Source: an uncultured cyanobacterium (GTDB lineage Bacteria; Cyanobacteriota; Cyanobacteriia; Cyanobacteriales; Nostocaceae). Taken from it: a stretch of 64,000 nt of DNA. The position numbers and the translations under genes are program-made. Below the pieces are notes generated by a model, which saw only the letters and a list, made by a program, of their open reading frames with translations, did no database searches and was not told where the DNA came from. Numbering within the stretch: position 1 is the first letter of the stretch; the number at the start of each line of letters is the position of its first letter. The stretch is taken from positions 4,096,001 to 4,160,000 of the forward strand of contig OY970166.1 in NCBI GenBank assembly GCA_963706595.1. The letters are read 5' to 3'. Shown in pieces: positions 19,206 through 28,724 of this stretch.

Positions 19206-20819
19206 TCAGGAATACAATTTAGCCTCTAACTGTTTTAATATCCGCTTAGGATCATTCTTATCTCCTTTGAAAAACTTCCAAGCCGCAAAACCAGCACCAG
19301 CAGCAATTAACGCCCCGCCACCTGTTACTGCTGCTAATCCTCCTAACATTCCTAAACCACCCGTAGCTACAGAGCCACCACCTAATAGAGCTAAAGTTGC
19401 ATTAATCGCTGCACCTCCAGATAAAGTGCTAATTGCTGTCCCTGTACTAGCAACACCAAAAGCACCCGCAGCAGTCCAAACTGTACCAACAGCAGCAGCA
19501 CTTGTTGCAACTCCAACTCCAGCTGCAATTCCTAATTTTTTCTTATCTTCAGCATCCATTTGGCTAACAGAAGCAACGGATACTAAAGCAGCTGCACCAA
19601 TTAACGCGCCTCCACCCGTTGCTACTGCTAATCCTCCTAACATTCCTAAACCACCCGCAGCTACAGAGCCACCACCTAACCAAGCTAAAGTTGAACTAGT
19701 CGCTGCACCTCCAGATAATGTACCTATAGCTACTCCTGTTCCTGCTTTTATCCCATTTTTTGATGCAATTTGTATAGCAGTTGGGACAATTGCAGCAGCT
19801 TTTTTCACTGAATCGCTGATTATTCTGACTTTAGCAAGAACATCATCATTTTTCTTTCCGTTCTGATTGTTCACTGGTTCACGCATCAACTTGTAAATTA
19901 CTTTACAATCATCTGGTATCTGAGAATCTAAGATGAGTGAGTCTAATAATTTCAAATTTACTCGCTCAGAAACTTGTTTACCATCTATGAGTGCAGCATA
20001 GGTATTAAGTATATCGGATTTGTATGTACTACTTGTGATGCTAGAACAACTATCAATTAGATTGACTATAAATATATCAACAGTCATCGCTTTAGCTGTG
20101 ACACTGGAAGAGAAATATATTTGTTTAAGTTCGTCAGGCAGTGAACTATTTTGAATAATGGTATCAAGTTGATTTAAAATCTCAAAATTAGCTATGTTTT
20201 TTCCGGCTTTGATACACTGATATGTTCCTCTAATCAACTGCTTCTCATTCTTATTTAAGTTAGATGCAGTTAAGGCATTATCAATACATTGTTCTATTTG
20301 GAATAATCTAGAATTTTGACTTGCAATATTGTATCGCTTAGAAACTGAAGAATTTACTTGAGAGGATGAAATAATAAAATCTAATAAATTTAGAGCAGGT
20401 AAGTCATCTATAGATTTAGCATCGCTAATATTCTGATATACATTTGCACATTTTTCTTTGCTTGTTAACTTAATATCCGCATTGTTGATTAAGTCATATA
20501 TTATTTTCTCTATGTTTGTACTATTGTCAAACAATGTATGGACAGTGATAATAATATCATTTTCATTATCTATATATTCTGGTGAAAAATTTTCATAAAT
20601 TTTACTAATAATTCCTTTAAAAGAATTATTATTTTTATGTGAATTACGTCTTTTTAAGCGTAGTTTAGTTTCTTCCAAACAGTTAGCAGGAATTTTAACT
20701 TCATAGCTTTTTCCTGACCTTGATGTAACTTGTTGCGTTCCACCTTGCTTGGCTGTTCCATAAGCTACAAAAATGTGCTGTAACTCGTCTTGTTGAGCTT
20801 GCATATTTTGTTCTGTCAT
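19206..20819 (-). CDS. Hypothetical protein: DnaJ-C-like N-terminal segment, three helical repeats, duplicated Gly-zipper hydrophobic module
   Basis: AKQGGTQQV...YEVKIPAN...KLRLK; three LLD.II..S...Y repeats; TG.AI.TLSGGAA...TLA.LGGGS.A.GGLGMLGG twice. Confidence 0.8.
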   Translation of the reverse strand: MTEQNMQAQQDELQHIFVAYGTAKQGGTQQVTSRSGKSYEVKIPANCLEETKLRLKRRNSHKNNNSFKGIISKIYENFSPEYIDNENDIIITVHTLFDNSTNIEKIIYDLINNADIKLTSKEKCANVYQNISDAKSIDDLPALNLLDFIISSSQVNSSVSKRYNIASQNSRLFQIEQCIDNALTASNLNKNEKQLIRGTYQCIKAGKNIANFEILNQLDTIIQNSSLPDELKQIYFSSSVTAKAMTVDIFIVNLIDSCSSITSSTYKSDILNTYAALIDGKQVSERVNLKLLDSLILDSQIPDDCKVIYKLMREPVNNQNGKKNDDVLAKVRIISDSVKKAAAIVPTAIQIASKNGIKAGTGVAIGTLSGGAATSSTLAWLGGGSVAAGGLGMLGGLAVATGGGALIGAAALVSVASVSQMDAEDKKKLGIAAGVGVATSAAAVGTVWTAAGAFGVASTGTAISTLSGGAAINATLALLGGGSVATGGLGMLGGLAAVTGGGALIAAGAGFAAWKFFKGDKNDPKRILKQLEAKLYS

Positions 20820-21067
20820 GACTAAATAGTATAGTGAGAGTTTTGGTAAGAAATATACCAATCATGACCATGAGTCTAAGTAATTAGCAACCGAATAAAC
20901 ACTTATAATCATGCAAATAATTTTAACCAAAACAGTATTATCAACCATACCCTCAAACTACAGCTTAAAAAACAAGGGTGTCAAATGACAGAAGAGCAAT
21001 ACCTCTGGTAAAGGGTGCGATCGCTTCGAGATAAAATAAATATAATCACGGTAAATATTGTAATTTT

Positions 21068-21409
21068 TTACCGACTATTGCTGATTTCCACAATCATTTC
21101 TCCTTGGCGCAATTGTTTAAGCGCAGCAGGTAATGTCAAATTCAGGAGTCGATGCAAATTACGATTAGTAACATTTCCACAAGTCAGCCAAAGAATTTGA
21201 GGGGGTATCCCTAGCCGACAAACCAAATCAACGAAATCACTGTCTTTAGTCATGATGATGACATTGGCGATTCTTGCAGCTTCAAAAATTTCGATATCTT
21301 TAGCGTCGCGGAGTCCAATATCTCTTAATGAAAAGGCTTCTATAGCAACAGTATTTGTTATCCAACTTGCCAATGTTGGCGGTAACTGAGCATCAATCCA
21401 AATCTTCAT
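21068..21409 (-). CDS. DUF5615 / PIN-like (VapC45-type) toxin
   Basis: MKIWIDAQLPP...D.EIF...IMTKDSDF...PPQILWLTCGN pattern; ATGA overlap with the upstream gene. Confidence 0.85.
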   Translation of the reverse strand: MKIWIDAQLPPTLASWITNTVAIEAFSLRDIGLRDAKDIEIFEAARIANVIIMTKDSDFVDLVCRLGIPPQILWLTCGNVTNRNLHRLLNLTLPAALKQLRQGEMIVEISNSR

Positions 21410-21630
21410 GCTGTCAAACGGACAAAATCAGTGCGACGTGCAGCAAACAAAAGACAAGCTTGAATATCTTCTGGTTCTAAATCAGGAAAGTCCTCTAAGA
21501 TTTCGTTAACGCTGACATTTTCCGCTAACATTTCTAAAATGTCGCTGACTCTAATTCTCATACCTCGAATGCAAGGACGACCCCCACATTGACCCGGAAT
21601 TTGCGTGATACGAGTCAATAATTCACTCAT
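21406..21630 (-). CDS. DUF433 antitoxin
   Basis: RIT..PGQCGGRPCIRGMRIRV..IL...EILEDFPDL..EDIQACL. Confidence 0.9.
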   Translation of the reverse strand: MSELLTRITQIPGQCGGRPCIRGMRIRVSDILEMLAENVSVNEILEDFPDLEPEDIQACLLFAARRTDFVRLTA

Positions 21631-21853
21631 TGAATTAATCGTTTATTGGGCTATAAAATTATATTTTACCATAATTTCGATATCATAAATTGACTATACG
21701 CTTTTTTCGACATTTTCAATATTTACTATGTGCGATCGCATATCATGAAAGTAGCAAGCTGACAAAGTGCCTGTCCTTGGCGTTCTTTGCGTCTTGGCGG
21801 TTCGTTTTCTCATTCTTCTGTAAGCCAAAATCCCATAAATCAATGAAAAAAAA

Positions 21854-22735
21854 TTGCAACCTTTAACACAGGGATATCAACTGCAATACACACATCCTCA
21901 CGGAAAACTTTATCAAGGTAATTCCATAGATTGGCTGACATCACTTGAATCCAAAAGCATTGATTTAGTCTTTGCTGACCCACCTTATAACATTAAAAAA
22001 GCTGAGTGGGACAACTTTGAGAACCAAGAAAAATATATCGATTGGTCAATTCAATGGATTAGCCAAGCTTCACGTATTCTTAAGCCCACTGGCTCACTTT
22101 ATATTTGTGGTTTTTCCGAAATATTAGCTGATTTAAAACATCCAGCATCAAAATATTTTAAAAATTGCCGTTGGTTAATTTGGCATTATAAAAACAAAGC
22201 TAATTTAGGTAATGATTGGGGACGTTCCCATGAAAGTATCATTCATTTTCGTAAATCTGATTCCGTTAAACTAAACATTGACGATGTGCGAATTCCTTAT
22301 AGCGCACACACATTAAAATATCCCTCTCACCCCCAAGCCCAAACCAGCGCCTACGGAAAAGGAACAAAGCAGAAACATAATAACTGGACACCTAACCCAA
22401 AAGGCGCAAAGCCTAAAGACGTAATAGAAATTCCTACTACTTGTAATGGAATGGATGAGAAAACACCCCACCCAACTCAAAAACCAGAAGAATTAATCAG
22501 AAAATTTGTATTAGCATCTTCTCAAGCAGGAGATTTGATTATTGATCCATTTTCAGGTTCAGGAACAACTGTTGTAGTTGCAGAACAACTTAATCGTTAC
22601 TGGATGGGATGTGATCTAAATATTGAGTATAACGATTGGGCTACTAAACGAATAGAAAATGTCCGTCGCCTGAGCAAAGAAGAATGGCTAGCCTTTGATC
22701 GTAAAAATGCCGAAAGAAGAGTATCTATCAGATGA
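21854..22735 (+). CDS. Beta-class amino (N6-A/N4-C) DNA methyltransferase, no adjacent restriction enzyme
   Basis: DPPY (motif IV) N-terminal; HPTQKP and DPFSGSGTT (motif I) C-terminal; upstream ATG 21843 is one A out of frame in an A8 run. Confidence 0.9.
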   Translation: MQPLTQGYQLQYTHPHGKLYQGNSIDWLTSLESKSIDLVFADPPYNIKKAEWDNFENQEKYIDWSIQWISQASRILKPTGSLYICGFSEILADLKHPASKYFKNCRWLIWHYKNKANLGNDWGRSHESIIHFRKSDSVKLNIDDVRIPYSAHTLKYPSHPQAQTSAYGKGTKQKHNNWTPNPKGAKPKDVIEIPTTCNGMDEKTPHPTQKPEELIRKFVLASSQAGDLIIDPFSGSGTTVVVAEQLNRYWMGCDLNIEYNDWATKRIENVRRLSKEEWLAFDRKNAERRVSIR

Positions 22736-22736
22736 A

Positions 22737-22846
22737 TATATAGCGGTATCCACTTCAATGAAGTAAATCATAGCCCCCTCCTCGCTTGCGGGGAGGGGGT
22801 TGGGGGTGGGGTTCTTGTATCTCACTTAACTGATAACCGCTATATA
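22737..22846. mobile_element. About 105-bp MITE with TATAGCGGT ends (copy 1)
   Basis: Terminal inverted repeats TATAGCGGT...ACCGCTATA; inverted near-identical copy at 24716-24821. Confidence 0.8.
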
Positions 22847-22960
22847 AGGTTTCTAAATTATTATGCAGTAGAAACAGGGAGAGTGCATTTTTACCTAGTT
22901 ATCAGGTGCGAGGCTAATCATATCAAATTTGGGTGATTACTTATCATAAAATATGTCAAT

Positions 22961-23036
22961 GTAGGTTGGGTTGAACGAGAGTGAAACCCAACTCTGTCCA
23001 TGATGTTGGGTTTCGCAAAGCCTCTACCCAACCTAC
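22961..23036. repeat. REPIN-like double palindrome GTAGGTTGGG...CCCAACCTAC
   Basis: Related copy at 51987-52073. Confidence 0.8.
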
Positions 23037-23188
23037 TTTAATTATAAGTGTTTAACCGAACCCAAAATCAAACGTTTTGTGCTGACAGATGCGGATTTTG
23101 TCATGGTGTTGTAGATGCTTCTACAAGTATTAGATAGAAATATTGAAAATTGTGTTGGGAGAGTCGCAGCGCGACTCTTATCCCCTGA

Positions 23189-23806
23189 CTAATTAGCTAA
23201 TTCTTGATACCGTTTTTGCAGGTCAGCAATTGTGAATACAGTCTGAAAGTTCAACCCCACTGACTGATAAAACTCTGCACCACCTTGTAGTCGGTCTACA
23301 AGTGTAATTACGGTATCAACCGTATAACCAGCTTCCCGAAGACGCTCAACGGCTTTCATGGCTGATTTCCCCGTAGTCACCACATCTTCCAAAACGATGA
23401 CTTTTGCACCTTCTGGCAAATTTGGCCCTTCAATATAAGCCCTTGTTCCATGACCTTTGGCTTCTTTGCGAATAATCAGCGCTGGTATGGGGCGATTTTC
23501 ATAAGCAGAAACCACACTTACGGCTGACACAATGGGGTCAGCACCCAATGTTAAACCGGCTACAGCTTGAGTATCTGTAGGTAACAGGGATAAAAGAATA
23601 CGACCAATGGCTAAAGCTCCTTGGGGATGAAGTGTTACCTGCTTACCATTAATGTAGTAAGAACTGCTTTGTCCTGAAGAAAGGACAAAATCACCCTCTT
23701 GATAAGCGAGTTGGCAAAATAAATTTAGTAGTTTGTCGTGCAGGGTGGTCAGGTCAGTAGTAGCTGCACTATCTGATTGGGTAAAGGTTTCAGTAGTATA
23801 TGTCAT
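23189..23806 (-). CDS. pyrE: Orotate phosphoribosyltransferase
   Basis: FVLSSGQSSSYY, IRKEAKGHG and VLEDVVTTG (PRPP-binding) motifs. Confidence 0.96.
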   Translation of the reverse strand: MTYTTETFTQSDSAATTDLTTLHDKLLNLFCQLAYQEGDFVLSSGQSSSYYINGKQVTLHPQGALAIGRILLSLLPTDTQAVAGLTLGADPIVSAVSVVSAYENRPIPALIIRKEAKGHGTRAYIEGPNLPEGAKVIVLEDVVTTGKSAMKAVERLREAGYTVDTVITLVDRLQGGAEFYQSVGLNFQTVFTIADLQKRYQELAN

Positions 23807-23906
23807 TACAAAACAGGCAAAATTATGTTACACCAAAGGTTGAACTGATCAGAGTTCTGAAATTAAGCATAAGTTAGGATTGCCCAAAAGTTGAGGAGTA
23901 GAGAAT

Positions 23907-24341
23907 ATGGGTATTAATTTGAAAACCTTTGGTGGTTTATTAGCGTTGCTGGTTTCTGGTGTAGCTTTTCCCTCTGTTGTAGTTGCTCAAACAGAAACAA
24001 CCAATTATGAAACTACAAATAATACATTTGAGCGAGCTTTTTTTCGACACGATCGCAACTTCTACGAGAATAACAGCCCTAAGCGTCAGCTAGACTCATT
24101 TGTGGGCTTTGGTACTCCTTCGCGTAATTCTTTCCCAGAAAATGAAATCGCCCGCGATGCTGAGTTAGTTAACACTCTCTATCGTGATGTTTTCCAGCAG
24201 CAGGTAAGTAATGATCCGTATATTCGCACACCAGATTTACCCAATCCTTATGACACATCTTTGCTGATGTCTCCTCGTTTTAATGCTAACAAGCTCAGAG
24301 TTGGGACCGAGTTCCGATTTGAAAATGTGACCAGACGGTAA
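23907..24341 (+). CDS. Hypothetical exported protein
   Basis: GAGGAG RBS; signal peptide ending VVA-Q; IRTPDLPNPYDTSL C-terminal motif. Confidence 0.8.
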   Translation: MGINLKTFGGLLALLVSGVAFPSVVVAQTETTNYETTNNTFERAFFRHDRNFYENNSPKRQLDSFVGFGTPSRNSFPENEIARDAELVNTLYRDVFQQQVSNDPYIRTPDLPNPYDTSLLMSPRFNANKLRVGTEFRFENVTRR

Positions 24342-24403
24342 GATTGCTCAGTTTCAGATGGGGACTGGGAAATTAACTATTCAGCACTTAAAAAATTCCT
24401 ATG

Positions 24404-24530
24404 GAGACGCGATGAATCGCGTCTCTACTTGGCGATGAATCGCGTCTCTACTTGGCGATGAATCGCGTCTCTACTTGGCAATGAATCGCGTCTCTACTTG
24501 GCAATGAATCGCTTCTCTACTTGGCAATGA
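24404..24530. repeat. 23-bp tandem array (GCGATGAATCGCGTCTCTACTTG) about x5.5
   Basis: Exact 23-nt period, no spacers, abuts the tRNA 3' end. Confidence 0.92.
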
Positions 24531-24535
24531 AAAAA

Positions 24536-24608
24536 TCCAGGGTGCAGGAGTTGAACCTGCCTCGCGCAAATTATGAGTTTGCTGCCTCAACCGCTCGGCC
24601 AACCCTGG
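24536..24608 (-). tRNA. tRNA with CAT anticodon, most likely tRNA-Ile2 (lysidine) rather than Met
   Basis: CCAGGGT...ACCCTGG-A acceptor stem, GCAAA-CTCATAA-TTTGC anticodon arm, GGTTCAACTCC T-arm; no encoded CCA. Confidence 0.92.
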
Positions 24609-24715
24609 TCGAATTCCTATTGTAGCTTAATTTGACTAATTGTGTAGACTCGACAATAGTTTACCACAAGATTATAGTACATATTTCCTCAAAAATAGTG
24701 CTTCTTAGGATTAAT

Positions 24716-24821
24716 TATAGCGGTTCTCGGTTGAGTGAGATACAAGAACCCCACCCCCAACCCCCTCCCCGCAAGCAAGGAGGGGGCTATGATGTATTTC
24801 ATTCAAGTGCATACCGCTATA
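24716..24821. mobile_element. About 105-bp MITE with TATAGCGGT ends (copy 2, inverted)
   Basis: Reverse complement of 22737-22846 with few differences. Confidence 0.8.
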
Positions 24822-25006
24822 AGTTTTATTAAGAAGTGAGGTACACGTCTGGCAATATTGTCATCTCCAGAAATTAAATATGCGTCTTCGCTAAAATGTG
24901 GAGAGTAGAAATATTTAAAGTATTTTTATGTGGGGGCTGCATTCATACATTTTTTGTTCAATACCCTTAAAATAGACCAGAATTTTTCCGCAATAGCTTG
25001 TCAGCG

Positions 25007-25708
25007 ATGAAAATAAATTCCACTGTACTTCTAACTTTAACGTTGTTAATTCTGATGCTGGGTGCAGGTTCTGTGAGTGCGTTTTTAGGTTTTGATATGG
25101 GGAGTTCAGCGCTCAAAGGTGTCACAACACCAGACGGTCGCCCTACTAGCAAATTTCCTAACAGTAAGACCAATAACTCTCAACAGTTAAGTGTGGCACT
25201 ATTGAAAGAAGATGAGATCCTGAAAATTGTTAAGGCTCGAATTGAAGGTAAGACTAAGGCTGCTAAATCAGAAAAGCTAGAGGAAAATGACGAGGACACC
25301 AGAAGCACTAGGCAAAAGCCCAAGGAACAACCCCCAGCAGTGGTTGCAGAAAAACTTGAACCAGGATTTCCAGTTACTTCCGAGAGTGAGGGTGTAACTT
25401 TTGCGGTGCAGTCTGTTCGCTACTCTGGCGGTGATTTACTCATGAGAGTAAATATGCAGAATAAAGGTAATGATTCTGTGCGCTTCTTGTATAGTTTTCT
25501 GGATGTGAGTGACGAAAAAGGACGAACATTGAGTGCTAGTACAGAGGGTTTACCAGCAGAATTACCTCCTGATAGCCCAGCCGTTTCAGGTACGGTGATT
25601 ATTCCTACGGCTTTACTGGATGATGTGAATAAGATATCTCTGTCTCTCACAGACTATCCTGCTCAAAAACTGAAGCTAGAGGTGTTAAATGTTCCTGTAG
25701 AAAGGTAA
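25007..25708 (+). CDS. Hypothetical membrane-anchored protein with C-terminal beta-rich domain
   Basis: N-terminal TM helix; long clean ORF. Confidence 0.8.
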   Translation: MKINSTVLLTLTLLILMLGAGSVSAFLGFDMGSSALKGVTTPDGRPTSKFPNSKTNNSQQLSVALLKEDEILKIVKARIEGKTKAAKSEKLEENDEDTRSTRQKPKEQPPAVVAEKLEPGFPVTSESEGVTFAVQSVRYSGGDLLMRVNMQNKGNDSVRFLYSFLDVSDEKGRTLSASTEGLPAELPPDSPAVSGTVIIPTALLDDVNKISLSLTDYPAQKLKLEVLNVPVER

Positions 25709-25854
25709 ATGGGGAGTGGGGAGTGGGGAGTTACTTCGACTACGCTCAGTAACCGAGGGAGTGGGGAGAAGAGGAAAAGGGGCAGGGGGCAGGGGGCAGG
25801 GGGCAGGGAGTATGATTCCAAGATGGGGGCGTGATTTTTACACGAGCTTTGGCG

Positions 25855-27204
25855 GTGAGTGGTTTTTCAACCTTAATTTGGACGGATGTGGGGCTGAGAT
25901 TGTTATCAGTGCTATTGCTGATTGCGATCAATGCTTTCTTTGTGACGGCAGAGTTTTCGATGGTGACAGTCAGGCGATCGCGCATTCATCAGCTGGTTGA
26001 GGCGGGTGATATTCCGGCGATCGCAGTTCAAGGACTACAACGTAGTATTGAAAGATTATTATCGACAACGCAGTTAGGCATTACCCTTTCTAGTTTAGCC
26101 CTGGGATGGATTGGTGAAAGTTCCATTGTGGTATTGGTGAAGTCATGGTTAAAATCCTGGCCTTTACCCTTAGAGATGAGTAATGTGATCGCTCATTCCT
26201 TATCAATTCCCATCGCCTTCTTTCTGATCGCCTATCTGCAAATTGTTTTAGGCGAATTATGTCCTAAATCATTAGCTATGTTGTACCCCGAAGAACTGGC
26301 GCGATTTTTAGGGCCTTCGGTAAAAGCCATCGTCCGTTTTTTTAATCCCTTCATCTGGATTCTCAACCAATCAACCCGGTTTTTGTTGCGAATTTTTGGG
26401 ATTGAATACACTGGACAAAGTTGGCGATCGCCTGTAACTTCAGAAGAATTGCAGATGATCATCTCCACAGAACGAGAATCTACTGGTTTAGAGCTTTCAG
26501 AACGAGAATTACTGAATAATGTCTTTGAGTTCGGGGATGTCATCGCTCAAGAAGTGATGACTCCCCGGACTAGCATTACCGCCTTGTCAAAAGATGCCAC
26601 TTTCCAGAACTTACTTCAGGAAATGATTTCTACTGGTCATTCCCGCTATCCCATCATTGGAGAATCTTTAGATGATATTTGCGGCATAGTCTACTTTAAA
26701 GATTTAGCCCAACCCTTAGCAGTAGGAAAATTGCCCCCAGAAGCAAATATCCAACCTTGGATGCGTCACGCCCGCTTTGTACCAGAACAAACGCCCTTAA
26801 GTGAACTATTACCTATGATGCAGCAAGAAAAGCCCGCTATGGTGATAGTAGTCAATGAATTTGGCGGTACTGTGGGATTACTGACCATCCAAGATGTGAT
26901 TGCGGAAATTATTGGTAACGCAGGCGAACCTGACACTATCAACGACTTGCTGGTGGAAATGTTAGACAATCAGACATTTTTAGTGCAAGCCCAGATCAAC
27001 CTCGAAGACCTCAACGAAGTTTTACATCTCAACTTACCTCTAACAAAGGAATACCAGACCCTGGGGGGTTTTGTGCTGTCTCAACTACAGAAAATTCCCG
27101 TTAAAGATGAAGTATTCTACTATGACAATCTGGAATTTACTGTAGTCTCAGCCGTTGGTCCACGCCTGCATCAAATTCAAGTGCGACGCTTAGAAGCAAA
27201 ATAA
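25855..27204 (+). CDS. Hemolysin/CorC family (CNNM-CBS-CorC) protein; start uncertain (25831 or 25855)
   Basis: NAFFVTAEFS, QLGITLSSL.LGWIGE, GELCPK, HSRYP and NEFGGTVGLLTIQD. Confidence 0.92.
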   Translation: MSGFSTLIWTDVGLRLLSVLLLIAINAFFVTAEFSMVTVRRSRIHQLVEAGDIPAIAVQGLQRSIERLLSTTQLGITLSSLALGWIGESSIVVLVKSWLKSWPLPLEMSNVIAHSLSIPIAFFLIAYLQIVLGELCPKSLAMLYPEELARFLGPSVKAIVRFFNPFIWILNQSTRFLLRIFGIEYTGQSWRSPVTSEELQMIISTERESTGLELSERELLNNVFEFGDVIAQEVMTPRTSITALSKDATFQNLLQEMISTGHSRYPIIGESLDDICGIVYFKDLAQPLAVGKLPPEANIQPWMRHARFVPEQTPLSELLPMMQQEKPAMVIVVNEFGGTVGLLTIQDVIAEIIGNAGEPDTINDLLVEMLDNQTFLVQAQINLEDLNEVLHLNLPLTKEYQTLGGFVLSQLQKIPVKDEVFYYDNLEFTVVSAVGPRLHQIQVRRLEAK

Positions 27205-27308
27205 TGGTTATTGGTCATTGGTCATTGGTCATTGGAAGTTACCGTCTTCTCCCTCCTCCCTCCTCCCCCCTGCCCCCTGCCCCCTGCCCCCTGCCTCTTC
27301 CCTACTCC

Positions 27309-27986
27309 CTATTCCCGATATGGCAATGGGTCTTTCAAGCCCAATTCGGCAAAAGCTGCTAGCCTTAAACGACAAGAATCACAGATACCGCAAGCGACAT
27401 CATGACCTGCGTAGCAAGACCAAGTTAAATTCCAAGGAACTCCCAATTGGTTGCCAAGTTGAATGATTTCGGTTTTTTTCAAATCAATTAGCGGTGCAAC
27501 AATTTCGATCGGGTTGCCCTCACGTCCTTGTTTGGTTCCTAGCTGGAAAACTTTCTGCATCGCCTGGATATAGTCGGGACGGCAATCAGGATATCCAGAA
27601 TAATCTAGAGCGTTCACTCCAATATAGACCCGTTCAGTCGCGATCGCTTCCCCATAGCCCAGGGCAAAGCTTAAGAAGATAGTATTCCGTGCAGGTACGT
27701 AGGTGACTGGAATACTTTGAGACATTTGTTCAAGCGATCGCTCTTGGGGTAAATTAATTGTGTCGTCCGTCAGTGCCGAACCGCCCCATTGTCGGAGGTC
27801 AAAGTTGACCACCTGATGTTTAACTACTCCAACTTTTTCAGCGACGAGAAAAGCTGAGTGCAACTCTCGCCGATGTCGCTGCTGGTAATCGAAAGAAATT
27901 GGATAACATTCATAACCATCAGCTTTGGCTTGATACAAAACTGTGGCAGAGTCTAATCCTCCAGACAATAGAATTACAGCTTTCAT
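27309..27986 (-). CDS. queC: 7-cyano-7-deazaguanine synthase
   Basis: LSGGLDS, TYVPARN, SGYPDCR and SCY...CGICDSC. Confidence 0.97.
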   Translation of the reverse strand: MKAVILLSGGLDSATVLYQAKADGYECYPISFDYQQRHRRELHSAFLVAEKVGVVKHQVVNFDLRQWGGSALTDDTINLPQERSLEQMSQSIPVTYVPARNTIFLSFALGYGEAIATERVYIGVNALDYSGYPDCRPDYIQAMQKVFQLGTKQGREGNPIEIVAPLIDLKKTEIIQLGNQLGVPWNLTWSCYAGHDVACGICDSCRLRLAAFAELGLKDPLPYRE

Positions 27987-28724
27987 AGAAATACCTAGTA
28001 TGTATGAAACTCAGTCACCAAGAGTGCTGAGAGGGAAGCAACACCAGCAGTTTTAACCGCAGTGATTATTAGTCCTGTGCAGCGTCGCATTCAGATCCGT
28101 TTCAAGTTTGGGATTTCCCATCGCCAAATTACACTTCAACAAAATGCCAGAAACAATGCTACAGTCCTCCTAAACCTATTTTGGCTATGGCAGTTTTTAC
28201 TGTGTTTACCATAGCCAAACAAAACTGCCTATACTAGCGCATGAAAAAAAGTAGTCGGCTCAATATGTAGAAGTTACAGATAATTATGCAAAAATTGTTT
28301 GAGTGTTTTAGCGGTGGCGATCGCGTGAAACATACCATACCACCATCACCATGCAATGTTTTCAAATTTCTGTATTTTTGATCACAAAATAATATTATTT
28401 TTGAATGGTGACAAATTAAATATTGATCCCGTTCATTAATTACCCAACCGGGTTGTTATGAGTTATTACTTACGTTTTCGTAGGTTTTCAAAGTCAAAAA
28501 TCAGACATATTATATTTTATGTGAAGCACAAAATATGGATTAATTTACAACTGAATATCCAAAAAAGCCAAGTTTCGGGAACTGATTACAAACTTTGAAA
28601 TTCTTCATAAATGTAACCTCTATGTTACCATCTGGATGGTTTTCGACAGAGCATAACTGGCTTTTAAGTATAAATAGCAACGGCCGTAGCGTCTCTAAAT
28701 TTGGTGGTTGAGGAGAGAATAATA

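Noticed and set aside
19162..19866. 234-aa Pro/Ala-rich plus-strand ORF
   Set aside because: Antisense shadow of the Gly/Ala-rich C-terminus of the minus-strand gene
24404..24530. CRISPR array
   Set aside because: Units are directly adjacent with no unique spacers, and there are no cas genes in the window
24536..24821. tRNA-anchored integrative element
   Set aside because: No integrase and no duplicated tRNA 3' end found in the window
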